From the NCBI GenBank assembly GCA_964016885.1, contig OZ024743.1:341372001-341436000 (forward strand): 64,000 bases of DNA, in the 5' to 3' direction. The notes beneath the pieces are model-generated. The model searched no databases. It worked only from the letters and a program-made list of their open reading frames with translations, and had not been told where the DNA came from. This document shows, in pieces, positions 51,471 to 64,000 of the stretch (position 1 is its first letter; the number at the start of each line of letters is the position of its first letter). A program made the translations under genes and the position numbers. This DNA comes from Eledone cirrhosa. Lineage: Eukaryota.

Positions 51471-51853
51471 TTTCTACGTTTGGCACAAGGCCAGCAATTA
51501 TCCCAGTGCATTACTGGTCCCTTTATTTTATCGACCCCGTTAGGATGAAAGGCAAAGTTATCCTCGGCGGGAGTTGAACTCAGAACATAAAGGGCCATAA
51601 CTCTATGTTGCAAAGCATGTTGTTTGACGCTCTACCGATGCTACCAATCAACCGCCCATTCTAACTTAATAATTGTTTCTACTTTTAGCACAAGGCCAGC
51701 AATTATCCCAGTGCATTATTGGTACTTTATTTTATCGACCCCGTAAGGATGAAAGGCAAAGTTAACCGCGATGGGATTTGAACTCAGATCGTAAAGGGAC
51801 GTAACTATGCTGCAAAGCATGGCGTCCGACCCTCTACCGATACTGCTAATTCG
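51471..51853 (-). mobile_element. Two tandem tRNA-derived SINE copies (51471-51656; 51673-51853)
   Basis: B-box-like GAGTTCAA(A/C)TCCC; body GCCTTTCATCCT..CGGGGTCGATAAAATAAAG; same family as 2202-2675. Confidence 0.75.
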
Positions 51854-53144
51854 ATTGAAATTTATAACCGGAAATTAATTTATCTAGATCTTTTGACTCA
51901 CGTGGTGTAAATGTATGTTATTGTTTGAACAGAACTATTTTGATCACATATATTTTCTTAGCCATCCAACGAGTTGGTAATAAGCTCCAAGGACGGAGAA
52001 GGATAACTGGGAAGATGGCAACCTCCAAGATAGAGGAGGTAGAGCTATATGAACTAGGCATGGTCTTATTAACAACGGATGGAACTTTACGAAAACCAGC
52101 GTGTTTTTCAGCCGCCAATAAAACCATCACTGATCTAACAATGCAATGAACCTTGCATTAGAACCTTATTGTTAACTCACTATTTTGCTGAATTATCAAA
52201 AGAAATATCGAAAATTTACCTCATCAACGTGATATGAAATACTACTTTGAACAAACAATGAATACAAATCACCGATGGAAAATTATTTCTACATAATTAA
52301 AATCTATGGTTCATTTCTTTTTCATTTTAGATCCTATAAACGTGAAAAATGTGGCCTGCATGTACACAGTCGAAAACGGAAAAAAAACATGCAGCCTGGC
52401 TACAATCAACAAGTGTTGGAATAATTTGTTTGCCTATTAGTGGCACAGCATTCAAAAGAAACCAAACTGTGCAACCCTAAATATGTTTGTATCACCTCGT
52501 ATTTTCGCCTGAATAGCTGTTATGTGTAATGAATTTAGGACCCAATTGACATGACGTTATTCCAACAAATAATTTTCCATATAAATATATGGGTGGTAAA
52601 ATTCAGTACAATTAATTTTGCCATAATATGTTTCTTTTAAACTGTGCTTTGTTGCCAGTTTTGAACCGAGCTTCCTGTCTGAGGATATATCCATTCTTGC
52701 TCCTGAAAGTCTCGCTAGCCTGGTGAAATGTCATACAAATTGCACATCATTCTCACCATTAAAAAGTAAAGAAAAGAAATAATATTAAAATCAGTCACAT
52801 ACGAAAGACACGAGGTTCATGTCTCCCTCTATCAGGTTTTTCATAAAAAAATTGACTCAAAGATATATGAATGAATACAACTATTAGAAACAGTTTCTAG
52901 CAAATGGGACATCCTGTTTTGGCGCTCTCCTGTTAGAAATAGAAGTTAAAATTTCCATCAGATCATACTTTACTTTCTTCAAAAATATTAAATGAAAATA
53001 AAATAAGTCCGACAAAAGGCTGATACAAAAAACGAATTCTTTATCAAAAGAGAAATAATCTGAGGCGTCAGCTTTTCTTTGCTCCTTTTCTAGTTCGTCT
53101 AACACGAGCGTCTAGCAAAGTTCAGAAAATAAACAAAAAAAGCT

Positions 53145-53172
53145 CTTTCCTTTCTTTCTTTTTTTCTTTCAT

Positions 53173-53220
<48 letters not shown>

Positions 53221-53262
53221 TCCTTCTTTTTTTCTTTTTATTTATTTATTCCTCTTTTTTTT
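53145..53262. repeat. (TTTC)n microsatellite
   Basis: Direct sequence. Confidence 0.9.
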
Positions 53263-53771
53263 CGGTTAGGCGTTTTCTCTTTACTTCATAGATAGTCTCT
53301 GCCTCGTGACTATTACTTCTCTGTGAATCATGGCTGCCTTATTAATTGTAAACACTGCAACAGCCATGTTTTGAAAACAAATAAGAAAAGTTGTTGAATA
53401 GAGTGAAAAAGATATATAGCATTTACTTCCCAGAGTAAAATTCTTTATCATTCTTTTCGTAATTTGCAGTCGAATAGTGTTGAGATACTTTCATTTTATT
53501 TCTTACGTTTATCTTTATGTTTTTGTTCATATCACTTTTGTAAAGATCACAGACATTTAAAACATGTCTGAAATCATGATGATTGTGATGATGTAGAAGA
53601 TGATGATGGTGATGATCAAGATGAAGATAAGGATGATTATGATGATTATATAAAATAATAGCAACACCGCATAACACATATCATACGTAATACACAGAAG
53701 AAACACTAAACTAATACCAGAACCAACAAAAATAAATCCCATAACTGCAAAGCAAAACAGATGTTTCATGT

Positions 53772-53805
53772 ACACACACACACACACACAAATATATGTT
53801 TATAC

Positions 53806-53879
<74 letters not shown>

Positions 53880-54008
53880 GTACATTTCCACGCTCATAAG
53901 AGATAATGCTGCAGACACCTGAACCACACGGAGGGGTGCCTGAATGAAGCACATAATAACAACAATAACAGCAACAACAACAAAAACAACAACAACAACA
54001 ATAATATT
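53772..54008. repeat. (CA)n, (TA)n and (AAC)n microsatellites
   Basis: Direct sequence. Confidence 0.85.
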
Positions 54009-55234
54009 GATACAACAACTATTTAAAAGTGTCCTCATATTTTTTTGTCTTGGTAATACGATTTCATTAAATTGTTTTTTTTTAATGATGTTATTTATAT
54101 TTTTATTTTTTTATCATTTATCTTTTGGAATTGTAAATGCAGTATATTGTCATTAAAATTCTGCTCATGATATCTGGTAGAGAACTCTTTTTAGAGAGAA
54201 ACGAGGAAACATAATTTATGAGCCATACAAACTCCATCAGCGTTTGTTAGATCATTTCCTGTCTTCCGCCATGATGAATGTCTTTCTAGTAGAAAAAAAA
54301 AAAAGGCTTTATTATAATTTTTTTTAATCTGAAAACATTCAGCTTCTTGTAAAGAGAAATGCATCACTGGCCAACAGTTGAAAGAAACGCCGTTCATTGT
54401 TATTAGAACTATATAGCATCATACTATTGTTTTTTTCGATAATTTTCCAATATTACGATAACAGCATCCCACAAAAACATTTATTGTCAGGTGCGAGCTA
54501 AGCTGAATTCCTCCTGTATCTGTGTTTGTGTGTTTATATATTTGCACGCTTCGAATATGAGTGCCGTGTCGTATTTCGCTATTATTTTAGGTCCCTTTAA
54601 GCCAAATGTTGACTTAAAATTTACGAAAGCTCATTATGCTGGAGCTTATATTTTCGTTGGAGTTTAAGCAATCGAAATTCCTAGACGCTCGTCTTCCATA
54701 AAGATGAGCCATCCTTTGCAGGTATTTATTTTCAAATGAATGCACTGGAGCAACTTGAAATGATGTATTTTGCTCAAGCACAAAACGCAGCAACCCGTCG
54801 AGGAATTGAATATACTGCATTACGGTCGTAAGTCCTTCACTCTATCCACTCCGACGTGCGCCATCACAAAGACAGACTAGCTATTCGATAGATAATGTAT
54901 TTGGTCGATATAATCCACTTGAACGTGGTGCTTCAATATGGAGTCATTTCAACAACTGAAACCAGTTAATTAATTAAATAACAATACGAAACATTATCAT
55001 TAATTGTGTTTCTTTCTAAGCTTGAAATATTGCAAAGGAGATATCATTAGAAATAATGATTAATATGTTTTGTCTGAAATCTGCGGAAAGGGCAGCGTTG
55101 GTAAGGTGATAGGTACTATGCATTGTAACCCTTTGCGTTGTGATTTCAAATACTACTGAAGTCGATTATGATAATTTCAGTTATGTAGAGTTTTATAAAT
55201 CGACTTCGTTACATATTGCTTGGTTATACGTACA

Positions 55235-55295
<61 letters not shown>

Positions 55296-55493
55296 TTATA
55301 TATGTATGTATATATATATATTGTTATACTTGGGGAGGGTCATATTGTTGTAATACAATGCCAGAAATAATGACAGAACACACTCACTGTTTGTTTCGTC
55401 TTCCGTTCTGCATCTTTTATATCTCCATAGTTAATTCAGTTGGGCCTCAATGTTTATCAACGGTCAACAATACAGATATAAATATATATATAT

Positions 55494-56850
55494 ATACAGT
55501 CTAACAAAGTTATTTCGTTGCACATCTGCAACATCATCCGCGGTACTATTATCATGTTTCCGCCTACTGTATTGTATTGTATTGTAATGTCTACGCCATT
55601 TTTATTTTAACTATTTATTTATTCATTTATTTTTGTCACCGTCTTTTCGCATGCGTTTGTGTGTGTGTGTATAGTGTTTGGTGTGTATTTTCGCGTTTGG
55701 GTGTGTGTATTTGGCTTTTGTATTCTAGCTTTGTTTATTAGTGTGTGTTTATATCTGTTTGTTGTTATTGTGCTTGTGTATATATTTATTTATTTATTTA
55801 TATTTCTCTTAAGTCAGTATTGTTTGTTTGGGTATGGTTGTTGTTGTCATTCCATTCCTTTTTTCTGTTCAACTTTGATTTTCTTAGTTCTATTTCAGTT
55901 GCTTCTCTGATTTGCCTACCTGTTGGTTCATTTCTATGTTTAGATACTATTTTAATTTCTATGTTGTCTATGTTACCGTCATGTTGTTGTCTGGCGTGTT
56001 CGTATAGTACTGGACCGTTTTTTGTCCTTTTAATTCCCCCCACTGTTTGTCAATTCTTTCACCTATGCTTCGAGCTATCTCACTTATGTATGTCGTTGTC
56101 ATGTTTCTGTAAGTACCCTCTGTAAATCTTATGCTATAGACTACATTTCTAGTGTTACAGTTTATCTGGGGAGGGGGGTGGCTTACTTTACGTATAAGAC
56201 ATTTCTTATTTGTACAGTTGGTATTCTTAAAGGGTATGTTTTGCTGATCAGGGATGTTATGGTAGGTCCTGGCTTTTCTACGACGTTAATCTTTAAGTGA
56301 GTCTTTCTCAGGGCCTTTCTACACTGGTTAGCTAATTTCCCTCCAAGGGTAGCATCCACGAACACGACACTCTGGTATCTCTGGTTGTAGTACCATGAGG
56401 TAGCTTTGCCTATCTTATGTTTACTCCTATCTAAGCCATTCCAGGTTTTTCTCCTGTATAATTGGCAAATTCCTTTCATGTCCAGTTCTATGAGGGTCTT
56501 ATACTTCTCCGTGTCTCCTTCGTATACTCTCATTCTGTCTTTTTGGTTATAGCCAGAGAACTGCATGCAGTTGATGAAGTGTTGGATGTGTCGTTCGATT
56601 TCTGTTGGGTCGAACATGCGGGACACGTTCTTCATCACTCGTACCATGTCTGCGATCAGAATATCAAACTTAGCACTAGTGGACATTGCTGAGTTTTGAG
56701 CATCAGGTATTTGGAGGCCATAGGTTTAGCATAGTGTGAGTGGAGAATTCGGGCCCTCTCGTCTATAGTTCCGTGTCTACACATCCAACACATCATCACC
56801 TGATCAATGAAATAATTGTTAATACTGTAAATAAAACCATTTTTGTACAG
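55494..56850 (-). mobile_element. Decayed second Penelope-like element (RT thumb + GIY-YIG + 3' region)
   Basis: 56183-56686 encodes MQFSGY..LYR..W..SVVFVDAT..VVEKPG. Downstream frames give NVVY..YISEIARS.GER and VLYEH..H..RQIREA..LNRKKEWN. Flanked by (TA)n. Confidence 0.7.
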
Positions 56851-56855
56851 CCGTC

Positions 56856-57045
<190 letters not shown>

Positions 57046-57049
57046 AGAA

Positions 57050-57608
57050 GTTATTGTGCTTAAGCAAAGAATCTGTTGAAGTTGTCACCTTGCCATAAAC
57101 CAAAACAGAGGTATACGTATTCCTTGAAAGCCTCATTGAAAGACGCTAACATATCTGCTGATACATGGGAAACTGTTGTTGCTGATCGTAATAAATGGAG
57201 AAAGACTGTATATGAGGGCAAAGTTGCCTTTGAGGCATCTCGAATCGCATACGAGAAAGTAAAGCGGGATGTGAGGAAAGGCATGGCTGTTACATTTCCA
57301 GACGGCAAAGGTCCTCCTAAGTCACTGACATGCAGCGTCTGTGCGAGACTCTGCCTAAGAAAAGCTGGACGCGAAAGTGATCTTCGCAGTCATAACGTGA
57401 CGACCAGGCTGCTGTTGGAGATGTTACTCATCATGCTTGCCAAGCATGTGGTAGAGAATGTAAATCAGCAGGCGGGCTCAAACAACATGCAAACGTACAT
57501 GAACTCCAACCACAGCCGGCTATTCCCAGTGAATGTTTCTGGGCAAGACATTTTAGATCATTGGCTGGCTACAAATTCACATTCGATCGCTGCGCTGTTA
57601 ATTGCTAC
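57050..57608 (+). pseudogene. 3' end of an RTE (BovB-like) LINE with a C2H2-like finger
   Basis: [18 protein letters not shown]...ADRNKWR...G...FE and CSVCARLC...G..SDLRSH. Confidence 0.65.
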
Positions 57609-57702
57609 CGTGTGTGTGTGTGTGTATGTGTGTGTGTGTGTGTGTGTGTTTGTGTGTGTGTATATTATTATTGTTGTTGTTGTTGTCGTTATTATTGTTG
57701 TT

Positions 57703-57943
57703 GTTCTTTTAGTCTCAGTCATTGATGTTAGTTAACTGGAAAGTTTGTTGAAATGAATATCAAGCCACTACCTGCAGCCTCAGATATTCAGGACGTATCG
57801 GAGGGTTCTTGCTGTTCCCAGCAAGCATGCCTTTTGAAGCGTTCCAAAAAGCGTGAAGGGGCCAATTTTCTTTAACCATCCCTGGAAACTTTTTAGGATA
57901 GTCTCTAGTGCGCCTATGACAATTGGGACCACTTTGACTTCAT
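57703..57943 (-). mobile_element. R4/Dong-like family 1, ~240-bp 3' end
   Basis: Matches 30075-30313. Confidence 0.88.
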
Positions 57944-57956
57944 TGTTGTTAATGTT

Positions 57957-60900
57957 AAGTCACCAAAACGAAAACAGATAAAACCACACCAACAAAATGT
58001 TAAAAACTTCTTGCTTGTCAGAAGGGCCAACGATAAACCGATGGCCCTCTTAGCACGAAGCGAGGACATTCAAACACATTTTGCGTGCCAAAAGATTTGT
58101 TTCTGGTCCGAATGTCACTCAATTCCTTCAAAGAAATTCGAGAGAGCTTTCCTCAAGACGTGGAGACTCCGAATGTGAAACCCACATCAAGACTTTTAAA
58201 GGGGTTTCCAAAAGAAACCCCACCAACCAAGGAGGTCGAACCACCCGACCTTCACAAGACCCCGGGCGGTAAGTAAACCTTCCCTCTCTCTCTTAGCTTA
58301 CCAATATGGCCATATTAAAAATAGGAAGTTTAAATATTCGCGGCCTGAGGTCACCCTGGAAGCAGGGTCGCCTGCTCAACGACCTCCGGTCGCTTGAAAT
58401 GGATGTGATTGCCGTCAGCGAGACCAGAATTTCCGACACGCGCGCACTAGCCCCCATTTTCAACGACTATCAGATCTTCGCATCTGTTAGCAGGCCGGGA
58501 ATGGGGGGTGGGGTGGCAGTACTGTTTAGGAAAGGACTGGATTTCGAGGTAAGGTCGATCTTCCGAGACCCCGACGGTAAGTTGGTGGTCTTGGATGTGA
58601 GCAGTAGCGAAGGTGGTGCCTTTAGACTGCTGGCCGTCTACGCCCCTACAGGGGTCGGACGACCTGACTTCTTTAGGCGCCTGGAGACCTTTCTGGGTAC
58701 GTCTCGCCCTTTACTGTTAGGGGGGGACTGGAATGGCATCTTAGATGCACGCTGGGATTGTGTGGGAGTAGCCGATAGGAGCGGGGGGTGCAAAAGCCTC
58801 AAGCACCTACTCAGCCATTTCCAACTGTCTGACAGGTATCGACTAGATTTCCCCAATGTGCCAGTATGGACATGGACCAACCGAATGGGGTCATCTAGAT
58901 CGTATATAGACAGGATCTTCATTAGGAAAATAGATAGAAATAGTGTGGGCTGTCCACTTTTTAAAACGGTCGCCTATTCAGATCACAAATTTGTGATCTG
59001 TACGGTCGACCTAAATAAAACGCGTAGGTTAGGACCGGGTTACTGGAAGCTGAACATGTCATTTCCGGCACGTACAGCTTACAGGGACCGAGTCAACAAT
59101 TTAGTTAACCAAACGTTGACTGGAGGGATCATCAACAACAGATGGTGGGTGGCGCTCAAAAGAGAGATTAGAGTAACTTCGATAGATTCAGCAAAGAACT
59201 AGCGTTAGAGAAAAATAGAAAGGAGGGGGAGCTGGTAGATAAGTTAGACGAGGCTATTTGTAGTGGCATCGCAACTGACGTGCTAGCGGCGAGAATGGCA
59301 TTAGACCATTTCTTCAATGCCAAACAGGAAGGTTGCATTGTCAGAGCTAAGGCGCGTGCTCTGAGAAATGAGGGAACTAAAGCTGTTCGATGGGCCCGCG
59401 TGGCGGAGGCGCAGCGTGGTAATAAAACCACAATTCGGTCTTTGGCAGACCGAGACGGACACGAGATAAGCGATTCCAAGCGGATGTGTGAGGCCTTTCG
59501 CCAGCACTTTATCGGTTATTCAGGGAGCGTGGCGAGTCAGAGAGAGTAGCAGATTTCAGTCCCTACCTTGACGGCTTGCCGCGCATCTCGACGGTCGACC
59601 CTGAGCGCGGCGAAAGGCCGATTATTTCAGCCGAAATTCAGGACGCCCTTGTCGGCTGCATGAGGCGCAAGTCAGCCGGTTTGGATGGCCTGCCCTACGA
59701 ACTTTACGTAAATATGCCAGACTTGTTCTCCGAACTTCTCGAAGCACTCTACTGCAACTGGCAGCAGAATGGGAGTATTCCCAGTTCTGTGAGCAGGGGA
59801 GTGCTGACGCTGATAAGGAAAGACGAGAACAAGAGGGATACATTAGACAACTTCAGGCCCATAACTCTGCTCAACACAGAGTTTAAGATTTTGGCTAAGG
59901 TGTTAGCAAAGAGATTGGCGCTCGTCGTCGAGGATTTGGTTGGGGAGGCGCAAACTTGCGCAATCCCAGCCAGGTCCATACACGACAATCTCCACCTCAT
60001 GCGATACATCATAGAGTGGGTAGGGTGTAAACCCGGCTTCGATGGGGCACTGATCAATTTAGATCAATCGAAAGCATTCGATAGGGTCGACAATCGGTAT
60101 CTGGAGTTTGTCCTCAAAGCAGCTGGCTTCGGCCCTGTCTTTAGAAGCTGGATCGTTGCAATGCACAGCGGCACACGCTCGGTGGTCAAGGTTAATGGCC
60201 ACCTCTCGGAACCATTTCGGCTCTCCCGATCGGTCCTTCAAGGGTGCCCTCTCTCTTCCCTTCTGTACGTATTGACTCTCGAGCCTTTACTGCGGAAGCT
60301 GGAGCTGTTGCAGGGCATCCCGCTCGAACCGGGACGTGGAAAGGCGGTGTCGGCTTATGCGGACGACATCACCGTGTGGTGACGAACACCTCAGGAATCG
60401 AGGTGGTCGGCACCTTATTGAAGGAATATGAAAGGTTGACAGGAGCCAAACTTAACCCGGAAAAGTCGGTGGGCTTGCAGCTCGGAACCTGGAGAGGCAA
60501 GCCCATGCCGTCCAACAGCGTCGTGGGGCGCTGGACGGACGGACCGGTAAAGTTGCTCGCGGTTTGGTTCGGACCAGACCTCCAGGTGGAAAATAATTGG
60601 GACGGGGTAACGGGCAGAGTAGCCAGTCTCATCCAAAAATGGGCCGGGAGGAAGCTATCACTGAAAGGTCGCGCGGAGGTGGCGAATGCGTACATCGCGT
60701 CAGTCATCTACTACCGCCTGACCGTAGTGCATTGGCCCCCGTCCGCGCCTCGTCAAGTTGGAACGGCTCCTCTTCAAATTCTTGTGGAGGGGACAAGAGC
60801 CGATGGTGAGGCGGTCCATCTGCTGCCAGCACCCTCTACGCGGAAGGCTGGACATGCCGTGGGTAATGATGCGCAGACATACGTTGAGGCTGCGACATCT

Positions 60901-62004
60901 CCAGATATTCTGCCTCAACGGTGAACAGGTGTGGTCGCCGTTTATCAGACGGGCCTTTCCGCAGCTCATTTCTTTGACTGAGCTGCAGTCCTGGGTCAAG
61001 AAGAGACTGAGACTGGGTGACTGGCAACTGGAATGTTGCCAGGCACTCACTGCCCTCTACCAAGCGGGCAATGCGATCAGTGGAACTCCACTCTCGAGTT
61101 CTATAGAGGATTATTGGTGGGCAAGTGGGATGACGCACTCGGAGAAGCTTTAAGCCTCGACGAAGTCGAACTGACCAGTCTGTACCGGAGGACTTTTGAG
61201 CCGGGGACGATGGACAATTTCCAGAAATCCCACGCTTGGCAGTGCTACCGGGGGGCACTGCCGGTTCGGGATAAACTCTACAGGCACGGAAGTGCTGTCA
61301 GACAGACCTGCCCAAGATGCGCAAAAAGCGACGAAACCGTTCTGCACGCACTTGTCCAATGTCCATGCATTACTGACTTGTGGAGTTATGTCGAACAGCT
61401 ACTGTCGCGTGTGGGACGAATCCGGCTATCTGCCGAGTCCATAGTGAAGATCGATCCACCGCCTTCCTTAGGTCAGGAATAGCAGGAAATTTTCCTCTGT
61501 CTGGTGGCAGTTGCGAAAGAGATTATATGGTGGACCAGGTTGAAAGGACTAAAGACAGACACTTTTCTCTTCGGCCAATCCCTCAGCAACTTCTTCAAGT
61601 TTCACCTGGAAAGGAAGGTGATGGTGGCGAGAGAAGTGCTGCACCCCAGTACATTGGCTGAAAGGTTGGTGAATGTTGCGAGAATGGCTCGTGTGAATGG
61701 GCCTACTCTGACCATGCGCCTATAGGCTAGCTAACTTGAGGAGAGGGGTGCTCTCCCTGGCTGCCCTAGAAGCGCAGGGTGGTTCAGGATTGGTGGGGTA
61801 CCCGAGTTACCCCAGGGTCGTCCACCCCCTATCGGGGAATTTATTTTGTTATATTTATGCATAGTTTATTTTATATTTTTATATTTTCATTGTTAAATTA
61901 GTCTTGCCATTGTACACTTTTACTCGACCTTATTGTAAACCCCCACTGTCCCTGTCTTTGTATTGTCCCCTACATGTCGTCCCTTTTGGCTAATAAATGA
62001 AATC
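57957..62004 (+). mobile_element. Tx1-like family B (sister of family A), 5'-truncated in ORF1; ORF2 58306-61725 disrupted
   Basis: Protein fragments are colinear with family A ORF2 (GSLNIRGL, VYAP, GDWN, SDH, LDQSKAFD, AYADD, CPRC). Ends AATAAATGAAATC followed by (ATT)n. Confidence 0.92.
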
Positions 62005-62031
62005 ATTATTATTATTATTATTATTATTATT

Positions 62032-63991
62032 ACAGTTGCATTTATCTTGCTTTATGTTCATACGAGTTATCACCAAGTCACAACCAGTGACCTCAAGAGA
62101 CAACAAGGTCCGCCATGTTCAAGAAAGAACATACATATTCACACATGCATCTTTAGTGTTTAGACTTGTGATGTACTTATATTGACAGAATCTTCCTTAG
62201 TATATGGGCAGTTCCCATTAGTACTATCTTTTGTATTTCTCCTATACGCGGGTTTCCTGGGATTTGCGATAAGTAATCATTAGACCCCTTAGGTATCATT
62301 GCTAGAGCGCCTACAATCACTGGTATTGTTTTAGTTCTCAATTTCCACATTTTTCCAATTTGTATCTCCAGGTCCTTATACTTGCTCAATTTTTCAAATG
62401 TTTTTATAGATACATTCTTGTCTATTGGAACAGACATATCAATTAGCAGGCATACCCTCTTTTGAAAGTCCTTCAATATTATATCAGGTCTATTTGCATC
62501 TATTTTTCGGTCTGTTTGGATGCTAAAGTTCCACAAGATTGAGATGTGATCTTTTTCAAGTATGGGAGGTGGTTGATGCTCCCACCAATTCTTTTGATGG
62601 GGCAGGTCAAAATGCTTACACATTATCCAATGTATGTATTGTGCAGCTCTGTCACGCCTGTTTAGGTATTCGGTTGGAGCTATAGGACTGCACATTGAAA
62701 TTATATGGTCAATGGTCTCTGGTTGTTTTTTGCATACACGGCATAATGGGCTGCATCCATTTTTTATTATGTTGGCTTGGTAATTTTTTGTTGGCAGACA
62801 CTGATCTTGTGCTGATATAATCAGTCCTTCAGTCTCCGATTTCAGTCCAGAGGATGCCAACCACTGATGGGTTAAAGTTTTGTCAACATCAGGATTGTTA
62901 GCTCGCTCTGGGTATTTTCCATATAGAGGCTTTTCTTGCCATTTCTTAGCCAGTTTCTGTAGCAGGTCTTTCTTTGCAGTTACTTTTACCTGCTTTGCTT
63001 TTTCTGTGTTTTCCATTTCAGCAGTAAATGCGACTTCTGAAATGTGTAGTCCATTACTGTATCTTTGTGCATCTTTTGTAATGGAATATGATCTTTTGAT
63101 GCTTTCGTGTTTCAAAACGAGTTTGATCATCCAATCATGTGATTCCCTTAGATATGTAGATAATCCAATTGTTGCAGTTTTCAACGCAATGTCTAACTGG
63201 ATTAACCCACGTCCTCCTTCTTTTCTAGGGAGATATATTCTATCTATATCTGCCTGAGGGTGATGCATTCTGTGCATGGTTAAGAATTTTCGAATTTTTG
63301 TATCGAGCCTACGGATCTCTGTGCTTGACCAGTTGATGACATTGTAACTGTAGGTTACTACTGGTATGGAAAGCGTGTTTATGGCATCGATCCTATTCCT
63401 CGCATTCAATTCCGTTCTTAAGATCGCTCTTACTCTGCGGTAACATTCCTTCCTTATCCTTTCCCTCATTGTCGAGTGCTTGATTCCGTCTCCTTCACAA
63501 ACACCTAGATATTTGTAAGTTTTTTCTTGATCATGTTCTCTTATCACGTTCCCCCGATCAAGATTAATGTCTGAACTCTTCAGTAGCTTTCCTCTGGTGA
63601 ACGTTGCTTTGGCGCATTTATCTAGTCCAAACTCCATTTTAATGTCATCACTGAACTGCTTCACAGTCGATAATAGCCCTTGCAATTGTTCATCATTTTT
63701 TGCAAATTGTTTCAGGTCATCGATGTAGAACAGGTGATTAATGGTTTTGTCATAGACTTTATATCCATGTTTTGTTTCATTGAGCATTTTACTTAATGGT
63801 ATAAGAGCGATGCAGAATAAAAGCGGTGATAAAGAGTCACCCTGAAAAATTCCACAATTAATATTAACTTCTCCAGCTTCCATTGATTTTGTCTCACTAT
63901 TCAAAAGGAGTGTCGTTTTCCATGTCTTCATACTGAATGACAAAAACCTCCTGACAACGGGGGATATTTTGAAAATCTCTAAACATTTTTC
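62032..63991 (-). mobile_element. R4/Dong-like family 2 copy D, 5'-truncated; 588-aa open ORF 62177-63943
   Basis: GIFQGDSLSP, FYIDDLK, YKYLG, CRVC..ETIDHIISMC, NRPDIILKD..LIDMSVP..K..Y; (TTA)n on both sides. Confidence 0.92.
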
Positions 63992-64000
63992 ATTATTATT

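Noticed and set aside
51900-53110. Possible host exons or short ORFs (51925-52149, 52884-53105)
   Set aside because: No recognisable domain or consistent splice structure; needs RNA-seq or a homology search.
54740-54970. Possible old SINE remnant (GGAGCAACTTGAAATGATGTATTTTGCTCAAG)
   Set aside because: Too degraded and single-copy in this window to delimit.

Overview
AT-rich, microsatellite-dense eukaryotic DNA. The repeat repertoire is reminiscent of octopus/cephalopod genomes (inference only). I found no supportable host gene; the window is almost entirely retroelements. (1) A ~34-kb stack (7.5-41.3 kb) and a second ~6-kb stack (57.7-64 kb) in which every unit is bounded by (TTA)n. They are built from two unrelated non-LTR lineages with fixed opposite polarity: APE-endonuclease Tx1/L1-like elements on + (four tandem full-length copies, one with an intact 1139-aa ORF2, plus a diverged sister family) and RLE-endonuclease R4/Dong-like elements on -. 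(2) An apparently intact Penelope-like element (820-aa RT + GIY-YIG ORF) inserted in (TA)n, with pseudo-LTRs, a ~1-kb inverted 5' copy, a microsatellite-filled 3' region and a hammerhead ribozyme with a long stem II. (3) Two further hammerhead motifs (655-737, intact-looking; 55494-55546, decayed), decayed RTE LINEs, a second Penelope-like remnant and tRNA-type SINEs. Coordinates were read by eye and element ends may be off by a few bases.
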